Shown here: positions 53,225 through 64,000 of the stretch, in pieces | Layout of the letters: each line of letters opens with the position of its first letter | Position numbering within the stretch: position 1 is the stretch's first letter | DNA from: Octopus sinensis | Taxonomy: Eukaryota | Direction of reading: 5' to 3' | DNA length: 64,000 bases | NCBI RefSeq assembly: GCF_006345805.1 | Contig: NC_042998.1 | Location: 53,878,001-53,942,000 of the forward strand | Program-made: the position numbers and the translations under genes | The notes under the pieces: model-generated | Seen by the model: only the letters and a program-made list of their open reading frames with translations | What the model was told of the DNA's origin: nothing | Databases searched by the model: none

Positions 53225-53427
53225 CATATATATATTGATTCGCCATGATAGATTGCTAGCCACTACACATTCTTTATTTTCTCTTCTTATTTCTTTCTGT
53301 GTTCCTTTCTGTGGAAGAGCATAGGCTTGAAACATTAAAGACTTTTTTCATTTCCCAAGCATTATACTAATACATCTGTTTGTTGTCTACACCACCTGTC
53401 TTTGTCTTTTTTTTGTAAATTCTCCCC

Positions 53428-53430
<3 letters not shown>
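53225..53430 (+). mobile_element. Penelope-like terminal-repeat fragment with a decayed minimal hammerhead-like motif (53305-53340)
   Basis: cttt-CTGTGGA-a-gagc-atag-gctt-GAAAC-att-aaag. Confidence 0.45.
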
Positions 53431-53477
<47 letters not shown>

Positions 53478-53929
53478 AGGATGTGTGGTTCAGTGGCTTG
53501 TGTGTTAGGTTCATGATCATATAGACTCAATTCCTGAATCAGGTGATGTGCTGTTCTAGAGCAAAATAGTTAATTTCACATCATTGCAGTCTGCTCAGCT
53601 AAAAAAATTGTATAAGCTCTGTACTGATGCAACCCTCTCTCCTTTTATCCATCTCATCTTTGATGTTCCGTTGCATCAAGAAAATAAGCACCTAAAAGTA
53701 TTAACAAAAAGCATGTTACACACACACACACACATGTAGATGTGGCTGTCATTAAGAAGTTTGCTTCTTCTCTACATGTTTTGAGTTCTGTCCCACTGTG
53801 AGGCCCCTTGGACAAGTGTTTTCTACTATAGCCCCAAGTCAACCAAAGCCTTGTGAGATGATTTGGTAGATGGAAACTCAAAGAAGCCCATCGTTTATAC
53901 ATGCATACAAACATACATATGGCCAAGCC

Positions 53930-54450
53930 TGATCTTTCTTGGTCTGGCCATTGTCTGTGCAACATCGATATTCCTCCCTCTGTTTGGGAAATCTTGTATC
54001 CCTGCCATAAGGCTTCATTTCCACACACACCAGTTTAATTTAATTCGTCCTCAGTTGAAAGACACATGTTGTTATGTCATATTATTATTTTTATTGTATT
54101 TGTATTTGCGTAACATTGTCCTTTTTTTCCATCCTATATTTGTATACATTCGCTGCTTTCTTCCAAGGAAGGCTGGGCAGATTGGAGCAATCTCAAGTAT
54201 AATCAGCCGAAATTGCAAAGATAATCTGGTACTTAATTGAGGAAAGAAAACTTTGAATGACCCATCCTTGTTTTCGTTATATCATCTATCTGGATGTTTT
54301 GTTGTCCCATTTTTGTATCGCCTAACTGGCCGGATGTTTTGTGTTCTTGTCCCATCTTGTATTTTATATATAGATATATATTGGAAAACCATAATTTATA
54401 AAGAGGAAATGTGAGGAAGAGAAAGATGAAGTTAGAAGAGGAGTTGTAGT
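53930..54450. repeat. Unclassified dispersed repeat (shares ~110 bp with 30905-31020)
   Basis: atctggaact..ctgagga.agaaaactctgaatgacccatccttgttttc..tctatctggatg present at both loci. Confidence 0.55.
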
Positions 54451-54619
54451 TCAATTTCTTGGGATAGAGTGGGTGAAAAGTGTGTTGTTACATGTGGGTG
54501 AGGAGACACAACTCTTCTAACACTGTTTCGTGAATGTGTCTTCTCTAGAACTTCATATCACCAGATATCTTGATCCACTATCATTTCTTCCATGAGCCTC
54601 AACATCCTAAGATCAGAGT

Positions 54620-55210
54620 GAAAGAGATATAGAGTGGTTGGCATTAGGAAAGGTATCCAGCCATAGAATCCAAGCCAAAACAGAATGGAACTTGGTGCAG
54701 CTCTCTGGTTTACATCAGACCCATGTCAGCATAGAAAAGAGACGCTAAATGATGATGATGATTTGTTAGTGTTAGAAGTAAATTGGCACGTAAAAGCACC
54801 ATCCGTTCGTGTCCGTTGCCAGCCTCGCCTGGCCCCCGTGCAGGTGACACGTAAAAGCACCATCCGTTCGTGGCCGTTTGCCAGCTCTGTCTGGCCCCCA
54901 TGTTGGTGGCATGTAAAAGCACCATCCATTTGTGTCCGTTGCCAGTTTCGCCTGGCCCCCGTGCCGGTGACACGTAAAAGCACCATCCGTTCATGGCCGT
55001 TTGCCAGCTCTGTCTGGCACCTGTGCGGGTGGCACGTAAAAAGCACCCACTACACTCACGGAGTGGTTGGCATTAGGAAGGGCATCCAGCCATAGAAACA
55101 CCGCCAGATCTGACTGGGCCTGATGAAGCCTTCCAGCTTCACAGATCCCAGTTGAACCGTCCAACCCATGCTAGCATGGAAAACGGACGCTAAATGATGA
55201 TGAGGATGAT
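54620..55210 (+). mobile_element. Two tandem RTE 3' UTR fragments
   Basis: cgtaaaagcaccatccgttcgtg ~60-bp units and gctaaatgatgatg tails at ~54750 and ~55200. Confidence 0.85.
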
Positions 55211-57164
55211 GATTCTTTAGTCCTAGGTCAGTCCTAATTGTGAAAACCTATTATGCTCCCAACAATGACCATCCATCCTCATCTCCACCATTGTATTTCT
55301 CTGACTACATTGTTCAATGGGCCCTCTTTTCAAATTTGTTAGGTGTAATATGAGAAAGATTTAGCTGCTATTTCTTGCAAATCAGTCAACACACAGTCCC
55401 TTGATGGTTGTGGGAAGAGTTATTTTAGATGTGTGTGTGTGTGTGTGTGTATGTGGAGGGCCATGTACATTTGTGCATGTGTATGTGACAGAGACAGCCA
55501 GACAGATATAGAGGAAGATATGAGATTTACATAAAGATAGGAAGAACGTGCGTAAAGACAGGAAAAAGGAAAGTAAGCACTTCACCACATAATATAAAAT
55601 ATTAAACACTTGTTTGTTTAGAGACATCAAATTGAAACTTCTTCCATCAATATAACAAGCTACTGACTGGTTAGAAATTATTGATCTCGCTTGCTGCCAT
55701 ATGTTTTGCAGGACCTTAAATTGGCTAAACTTACAAAGAGAAAACACATACAAATTAATCCACAGCTGGTGCCTTCCCTTACTGAAGATATTACTTATTT
55801 AAGTTTCATTTCATTTTTGGTTCCTACCCACCAACCCTTGGTTGAACTTCAGCTATTTCCATCTTTTCTCTAATAAATGCTGTTTCATTTTTAAGCTATA
55901 TTTTTTTTCTAATATTTGTTGCACATTTTTCTTTGCTTTGTAACACATCAATTTAAATCGTAAATAAATCTAAGAATTTTTTCTTTTTCTTAATAATAGG
56001 ATATTTTTACATTTTGGAGGTTAAAATTTCTTTTCATTGGTTCTACAATTCTAATTTAAATCTTCAAAAGAGAAAATATTTATTTTTAAAGGTTTCCACA
56101 CACACACATACACACACATTACATACATACACACATGCATGCATGCATATATATTTATGATTTATCAATTATATTTTGATTCCAAGAGGGAGCATGTCTT
56201 AAATATTTCAAACTTTGTTGAGCATTTGAGAAACTATTTACATCGATTCAAATATTTAAGAGAAATGCTGCCACAAGGAATAAGAAACATGAAATTTTGT
56301 GAAAAGAACTGACTTGGAATTTTGTTTTATGATTATATGTTGCTATATTAGAAAATTAATTACTTACATTATATTAATTGAAATAGAAGTAATGCAATGA
56401 TATATCTCTATTTTATTATTTAGTTACTGGTTTATTATGTGAAACTTATTGCAAAGAGTCATGAGAGAAAAGTTTGTTTTATGGTGTTAATACTGAGTGA
56501 AATTTCTTTCATTTTAATTGCAACACTAATGTATTATATTCCTTGACATCTCAGATTATCTAATATTTGTTTAAATGTCAACATTACACATTTCACCATA
56601 TACAGACACTGAATCTTGGGCTCCCCAACTTGTTCTCTACTCTCTTTTTCTCTCTTGCGTTTTGCCTCTCCCCTTTCTTCTTTCCCCATCTCTTTCTCAT
56701 TCTCCTCCTCTTCTTTCTCTCCTTACTCTTGCTATGACCCACTATTAGTCACTATCTCCACTTTTGGCCTAACTATTCCACACTCCAACTTCCTTTTTGT
56801 ACCAAGTCTGCAATGTAAATAGACATAAATTCAGTATCATATTTATTTCATTTTCTCCGACAGCTCTTATTACTTTTACTCCTTTTTGATTAAAGGTATA
56901 ACCTGAAACACTAGAACTTCTTCCATTTCTTTCATTGGTGTATTTCATTGCACACATTTTTATTGTACATCTCTGATTATAATCAGAGAAATATGAAACA
57001 AAGTAATAATTATTATTTTGTTTTATATTTCTATACTTGCCCAGCAAATAACTTGTGTATTCATTCTCTCACTCTCTCTCTCTCTCTCACTCACTCTCTC
57101 TCCTTCTCTCTCTTTGCCAGCATGGAAGACAGATGTTAGACAATAATGATGAAATATATGCTTA

Positions 57165-57333
57165 TTTAGGCATGGCTATGTGGTAAAAAGCTAGCTTCCA
57201 CACCACATGGTTCTGGGTTCAGTCTTACTGCATGGCACCTTGGGCAAGTGTCTTCTATTATAGCCTCAAGCCAACCAAATTTTTATGATTGGATTTAGTA
57301 GAGGGAAACTGAAAGAAGCCTGTTGTGTATATG

Positions 57334-57382
<49 letters not shown>

Positions 57383-57397
57383 ATGTATGTATATATA

Positions 57398-57433
<36 letters not shown>

Positions 57434-58110
57434 TGTATGTATATGTGTGTGTGTGTGTGTGTGTGTATATTTATGTATGTGTGTCTTTGTGCCTGTGTTT
57501 GTTCCCTCACCATCGCTTGGCAACCGATGTTGGTGTGTTTATGTCACTGAAACTTAGCAGTTCAGCAAAAGAGATCCGATAGAATAAGTACTAGGATTAC
57601 AAAGAATCAGTCCTGGGGTCGATTTGTTTGACTAAAGCAGTGCTCCAGCATGGCCACAGTCCAATGACTGAAATGTGTAAAAGAGTAAAAGAGAGTACAT
57701 ATGTATAACACTCGAAGCAAACTCATAAAATATGCTACTAATAACATATAAAAGCTATTCATAATCACAGCACTTCATCATCATCATCATCGTTTAACGT
57801 CTGCTTTCCATGCTAACATGGGTTGAACGATTTGACTGAGGCCTGGTGAACCAAATGGCAGCACCAGACTCTAATCTGATCTGGCAGTGTTTCTACAGCT
57901 GGATGCCCTTCCTAACGCCAACCACTCCGAGAGTGTAGTGGATGCTTTTACATGCCACCGGCACGAGGGCCTGTCAGGTGGTACTTGCAACAGCCATGTT
58001 CAAATGGTGCTTTTTATGTGCCACCTGCACAGGAGCCAGTCCAGTGGTACTGTCAACTACCTTGCTTGAATGTTTTTTCATGTGCCACCAGCACAAGTGC
58101 TCGTAAGGCG
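57165..58110. mobile_element. SINE B(+) 57165-57690 with expanded (TG)n/(TATG)n, and RTE tail(-) 57775-58110
   Basis: Family motifs. Confidence 0.85.
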
Positions 58111-59542
58111 ACACAATCAATATATGTACACATGTGTCTGTGAGTGAACTGAAAAGCAAACAATAAAACCATGATATAAAATAGAGTATAATAGTGAAAA
58201 CGAAGGCTTATAATGGAAATAGAAATGCATACAATTTTTGTGAGACTGAAACATGAAATTCTACACGCTGAGGCACTTATAAATTCACTTTCTAAGAGAA
58301 TGTAAACATAAAACTCATTAGACATGTAAACACTATAAACAAATAGTATATCCTCACAGAAAGAGTGAAAATTCTTCATAGTACATCCTTACATATTCCT
58401 TTCAATTTAAAACTGAGTCTCAACATTATTTAAAACATTTCAATTTTATAGCATAAAATCAAAAAACTACTTCCAAAACAAATAGAATATTTCATTTTTT
58501 TAGATATTAAAAGTATTATTTTACTACTTATGAGTATTAATTTTCTAATTATTACAAGAATTATTCGATTTTCTAAACTTTTAAATTTTAATTTTCATCA
58601 ATATTATCACCATTAATGTATATTTTATATCATTAGTATCTATTCTTCACCAATATCCTTTATGTATACATAAGATAAAGACATGTGTACTAAGGGTATG
58701 TGTGTGCGTGTGTGTATTGATGTATACATATACACACATAATACATACATAATATATACATATATACATATACATACACATGCATTTTGTGTATATACTT
58801 ACATTACTTTGAATATTTAAAATAAAAATCTAAGCAAATTGGTTCTTAAAATATATAAAAAACTGATTAAATACAATTTTGTCAGGTGACTATAGTGCAA
58901 GTGTGACTTGCTTCAAAACCAGGTGGTTTCAGGTTCAATTCCACTGCGTAGCACCTTGGGCAATTGTCTTCTACTTTAGCTTCAGGCTGACCAAAGGTCT
59001 GTGAGCAGATTTGGCTGATAGACACAAGGCCTGAAATTTTGAGGGAGGGGTCCAGTCGATAAGATCGACCTCAGTACGCAACTGGTCGATCTTAATTTAT
59101 CAATCCTGAAAGGATGAGAGGCAAAGTTGACCTCGGCAGATTTAACCACTAAATATTGTTAAACACACCTCTGCAAATGCAATGTACATAAGCAATTCAC
59201 TTTAAACACAACTAACAACCTGCAGTGAGACTGTTGTAAGCAGATCCCCAAATGGGGCTTATGGCAGGCAATGGGTTAATATGTTACCTCTTGAAAGTGA
59301 CAAGCTGGCAGAATCATTAGCACATTGGGCAAAATGCATAGTGGCATTTTAGTCATCTTTGTGTTCTGAGTTCAAATTCTGCTGAGGTTGACTTTACCTT
59401 TCATCCTTTCAGGATTGATAAAATAACAGTTGAGCACCAGGGTAGAAGTGACTAACTTACCCCTCTCCTGTAATTGCTGGTCTTGTGCCAAAATTTTAAA
59501 CCCAATATTTCACCTCTTGAAGGCAGCAAGCTGGCAGAATCG

Positions 59543-59545
<3 letters not shown>

Positions 59546-59580
<35 letters not shown>

Positions 59581-60584
59581 GTCTGTCTGTCTGTCTGTCT
59601 TGGAAGTCCCTCAGGACACCCCAAGACTGTTTCCACATGTTTTCCCCATTCATCTTGATCTTCCATAATAGTCCTCAGCTCCTGTACCCATTCCATACCA
59701 GTATCCTCCAGCAAGTTGTCGATATAGGTTGTCTTCTTCCTTCCTCTCCTGGTTCTTCCTTCTGTTGGTTGCCAGAGTTCTAGCTTGTTAGCAATTTCAT
59801 CGGTATATCTGATGCATCCTTCTATGCTGTATCTTTAATGTTACTTTTGGTAGTCCCTGGTATAAGTCGACGTTTGTTGTATGACTCTTTTAAGAGACAT
59901 TGAATGCCATTCTAAGCATACTCATATAATAACCATCCAACTGCTTCTTCAATGCTTTAGTGAGCATCCATGTTTCAGCCCCATATAGAAGAACAGACTC
60001 CACTGTTGCCAGAAACAACCTCACTTTCAATTTCCTTGCTAACTTTGAACTCTGTACTTTTCTCAATTTATGGCATACACTCCAGGCAAGATCTTTCCTT
60101 GCTACGATGTCTTTTTCAGTACTTTGTGTCCACACACCAAGGTATTTGAAATTTTCAACTACCTTGAGTGACTTACCGTCTCTCACTTTCACTGACACAA
60201 GCATTTCGTGGTTGAATACTTGCAGTTCTGTTTTCTTTGCATTACAGTACAATCCTACCTTCCCCAATTCCTGCTCTAAGAAAGAGGGTCTAAAAAGGTG
60301 TCCCAAGTTTTTCAAGAAGAGGAACTGGATGAAATGATCTCCCAGGTCGAAAATGCAGATGCAAAGAGAAAGCACGGAGAAAGCTGGAGGCTGATTAATT
60401 CCATCACAGGTCACAAAGCTGCAAAGCAGGGAATCATCAAAGGGAAATCAAAGGACGAGAGAATCAAGAAGTGGTACACTCAATTCTACAACTTACTTGC
60501 AAAGGATCCAGAAGTTGACTATGCTGATGGCCTGGCATTACTAACAGAGAGGACAGATCAAGCACAGGAAGTGTTGAGCTGATT
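59546..60584 (-). mobile_element. 5'-inverted, internally deleted RTE-group LINE inserted in a SINE A, with 10-bp TSD
   Basis: TSD agaatcgtta at 59536-59545 and 60585-60594. Minus strand 60279-59590 encodes LEQELGKVGLYCNAKKTE...FKYLG...VLLYGAETW and ends in a (GACA)n(GATA)n tail. Plus strand 60280-60584 encodes the EN-RT linker fused to DYADGLALL. Confidence 0.85.
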
Positions 60585-61429
60585 AGAATCGTTAGCATAT
60601 AGGTAAAATGCTCAACAACATTTTGTCTATCTTTACATTCTGAGTTCAAATTCTACCAAGATCAGCTTCACCTTTCAGGGCCCATAAGATAAGTACCAGC
60701 TGAGTACTGAGGTCAATGTAATCGAGTTCCACCTCCCCCAAAATTACTGGCCTTGTGCCAAAAAATCGTAACCAATATTTCACTTATTTTGCAATGAATA
60801 TTACCTTATCAAGTCATTGAAATGGGTGGCATTTGATGTTGGTTTCACATTTTGGCACAACACCTGAAATTTCGAAGGCAGGTTAAGTCGATTACATCGA
60901 CCCCAGGGATCAAATGGTACTTAATTTATCGACCCAAAAGGATGAAAGGTAAAGTCGACTTTAGCAGAATTTTGAACTCAAAACATTAAGACAGACAAAA
61001 TGTTGCTATGCATTTCACCTGGCATGTTAATGATTCTGCCAGCTCGCCACCTTGGTGGCATTTTATATTGGTACACTTCATTAAAAAGTAGCTTTACTCT
61101 TCTACTATGCTAAAACACACACCCTTCTTTGATTCTTCATTCCATGCATTTCTCTTATATTTTTGAGAAAAGACTGAAACCATCAGAATTAAAAAGATAA
61201 TTACCCTGTATCAGATTACAAGCAAATTTAATTCCGTTGTCTTTTTGGTTAAAATCTTAGAGCATTTTTCAAGGATGATGATAAACAGACAATCACTAAT
61301 TTTGTTAAGTACTATCCCAAATAATTTTTGGCTACAGAATTTCACTCAATGAATTATTTTCAGTATTTGAAAAAAATTCTTTTCAGGGATAAAATAGATT
61401 TATTGAAAGGTAGTCCAGACATTAATAGT

Positions 61430-61990
61430 ATTCTTTATACACACGCACACATAAACACACTCACATACACACACACACACAACATACATAATACAGGACC
61501 ATCACACACACATAACTATACAAACTACTAACATACATACACACTATCTCATGAACAAATCACCATGTCATATGCACACCACCACATCACACACATGTAT
61601 ACCCCACCACCAACACACACATAAAATCACCACTACCACATACACACAATCACATGCACACACAAATGCAAATACCACCACCAGCACCACCATGCTCACA
61701 TTCACACATGACTGCTTTAGCTCTGGCCATGCAGACATACACTACATACATGCCACATGCACACACCAGACTCAACATACACACACACTCACACACAACA
61801 CACCACAACACACATACATGCACACACACACCACACCGCACACACATACATACCACAACACACACACAACACATATACAACACATACAACAACACACCAC
61901 AACACACTCACACACCACAATACATGCGCACACATGCCACAACACCTACCCTGTCACATTACATGCACATCACACACATTTTCTCTACTA
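61430..61990. repeat. Degenerate CA/CAC-rich low-complexity array
   Basis: Direct reading; explains the His/Thr-rich and Cys/Val-rich ORFs. Confidence 0.9.
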
Positions 61991-62284
61991 TAAAACATCT
62001 ACACGCCATACTGTTATGTATAAACAACTCTGTATATACATATGTACATATTCTGTTTTTCCAGTTTAAAACAACGTTTCTACTGAACCGGGAGACAATT
62101 AATGGATATCTTGTATTGTTGTAAAACGTTGAGTTCCAACATTTCACCTGTCAGCTTTCTGTTTCTCATCATTGTCAAAATGACATGACTGTCATAAGAG
62201 AGACAATGATAGAACGTCTACATGGTCACTCGTTCTGCTAGAAACAGCACACAGATCTCCAAATCTCCCTAAAAAATGAATTTA

Positions 62285-62560
62285 TCATTGTATGGAAAGG
62301 AAATGCTACATTTATTTCTTTACTGCCCACAAGGGGCTACACACAGAGGGAACATACAAGGACAGACAAATGGATTAAATCGTTTATATCAACCCCAGTG
62401 CGTAACTGGTACTTATTTAATCAACCCCGACAGAATTGACAGAATTGACCCCCAATGGCAATGTTGACCTCAGTGGAATTTGAACTCAGAACGTAGCGGC
62501 AGGCATAATACCACTAAGCATTTCGCCCGGCATGTTAACGTTTCTGCCAGCTCACCGCCA
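62285..62560 (-). mobile_element. SINE family A
   Basis: Same consensus as 55-283. Confidence 0.85.
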
Positions 62561-63249
62561 ATGCTACATTGGTAGATGTAGTATTACTTGTTCCCCAAAA
62601 AGTTGGGAAGATCACATTTGGAACGTCTTTCTTTGATTGTAAGTCTATTTGATTAGAACTGACCCAGTGTTAGACAATACTATGGAAGTTGCATTATCTC
62701 ATTTTCTTACCTCGTTAATTTTATTTTTATATATATAACTGAATGTTAGACTTCCTGATTTAGTTTTCCTCTCTGCTATTTCCTCTTTCTCAAACTTATT
62801 CACAATTCTCTTGGTGGTCTTTGAATGGACTTTGAAGATCAGAGAACGAATATTGCTGTAGCAGTGGAATGACCAATGCCTTGTATCCTTTGCAGAATAG
62901 GAATAAGGCATATAGGTAATTTTCATTCTAAATGTACTTGCTAGTAAGATGTTATTGAAATGTTGTTTTGTAAATGCATATATAATTAATGAGTATCAGG
63001 AGAGAAAAAACTTGTGATTTCAGTGCTAATTACAGGAGTACTAACTTCAAGGGTGATAGTCAATAATATTGAACCCATAACTTATTCTAGGATAGCTATC
63101 CCATAACACAATTAAGAAATCCCTTGGCATTCCTGTGTATATCAAAACTATGTTAATCAAATTTTATAATCAATTGGGATGATTAAAGTTAATTCTAGAA
63201 TATCAAAAACAATTTGGAATTACTTTAATTCATTCATTTATTTATTTAT

Positions 63250-63862
63250 TCATGAATTATTTTTCTCTCCCCTTTTTAGAAAAAAATCTTCAAGAATGGA
63301 TTGGGCAGTTTTTACCTTTTTCCCTTCCTTGCATACATTTTGCCATAACGAGCAATTTAAATATTTAAACATCAGCAAATGAGCATACTTCAGTTGACAT
63401 TTAAATCCATATTCATTAGTTTGTTTTTTGGCTGTTTCTCTAATTCTCCCAAAATTCATCAAGCTCTTTCATTGTTATTTCTTTTGAGACATTTTCCATT
63501 ATTTAATTTTTTTTTTTTTTTTTTTGGATATCCCTTCCCTTCTTCTGTGCACGTTAATATTCAATTTCAATGAGATAATCATCAATTAAATCGTTTGAAT
63601 GTGAAGTCAAATAATTCACCAATATTGCTCAAATCAACATCCATGAAGCCAAGTTGTCTTCCAATGCTAGCAATTTCCTCAATGAGTTTATTTACTGGAT
63701 TTTTAAAGCTGTTAAAATCATTAACGCATTCCAGCAAAAGAATATTTCAGGCTGCTTTCACTCAGCTGGATGTCCCTTCTTGCCATGACACATGAATTTT
63801 TTCAACTGCTTTGCTAAATCCTCATCATCAGCATTATCATTTAATGTTCACTTTTCCATGCT
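63250..63862 (-). pseudogene. Tigger/pogo transposase C-terminal remnant
   Basis: Translation ECVNDFNSFKNPVNKLIEEIASIGRQLGFMDVD...ELF and C-terminal KEGKKVKTAQSILEDFFLK, typical of Tigger ends. Confidence 0.65.
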
Positions 63863-63863
63863 T

Positions 63864-64000
63864 GTGGAGGTGCAATGGCCCAGTGTTTAGAGCAGTGGAC
63901 TCGCGGTCAGAGGATCGCTGTTTCGATTCCCTGACCAGGTGTTGTGTGTGTTTATTGAGCGAAAACACCTAAAAGCTCCACAAGGCTCCGGCAGGGGATG
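63864..64000 (+). mobile_element. tRNA-derived SINE family D, cut by the window end
   Basis: Near-identical head to 2739-2880. Confidence 0.85.

Noticed and set aside
61551-62124. His/Thr-rich ORFs of 156-172 aa
   Set aside because: They are translations of a degenerate CA-rich low-complexity array.

Overview
This window is AT-rich, microsatellite-rich eukaryotic DNA dominated by transposable elements. The repeat families resemble those I recognise from octopus (coleoid cephalopod) genomes; that assignment is inference, not a database result. It reads as intronic or intergenic sequence, and almost all ORF-track calls are repeat or microsatellite noise. Supported content: (1) a near full-length but disabled RTE-clade LINE (~16.95-20.74 kb; AP endonuclease, RT with YADD, C4HC3 PHD-like insert, tandem-repeat 3' UTR) joined tail-to-tail to a second RTE 3' end; (2) a short RTE-group LINE with a 10-bp TSD and twin-priming-type 5' inversion (59.5-60.6 kb); (3) remnants of Gypsy integrase, an Academ-type XPG/Cys8 protein, a Helitron, mariner, hAT, Tigger and CR1-like elements; (4) MITEs with TIRs (mariner, Tigger, piggyBac-like, Academ-like, hAT-like); (5) dozens of SINE copies; (6) two degenerate hammerhead-like motifs in Penelope-type repeats; (7) a near-identical 786-bp tandem duplication, plus a 53-bp inverted copy of part of it inside a nearby SINE. 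No host gene could be identified. A few small candidate exons exist but are low confidence and their strand is unresolved. I found no rRNA, true tRNA or CRISPR array, and no convincing new multi-gene system. Repeat boundaries are approximate (about +/-20 bp) unless TSDs or TIRs are given.
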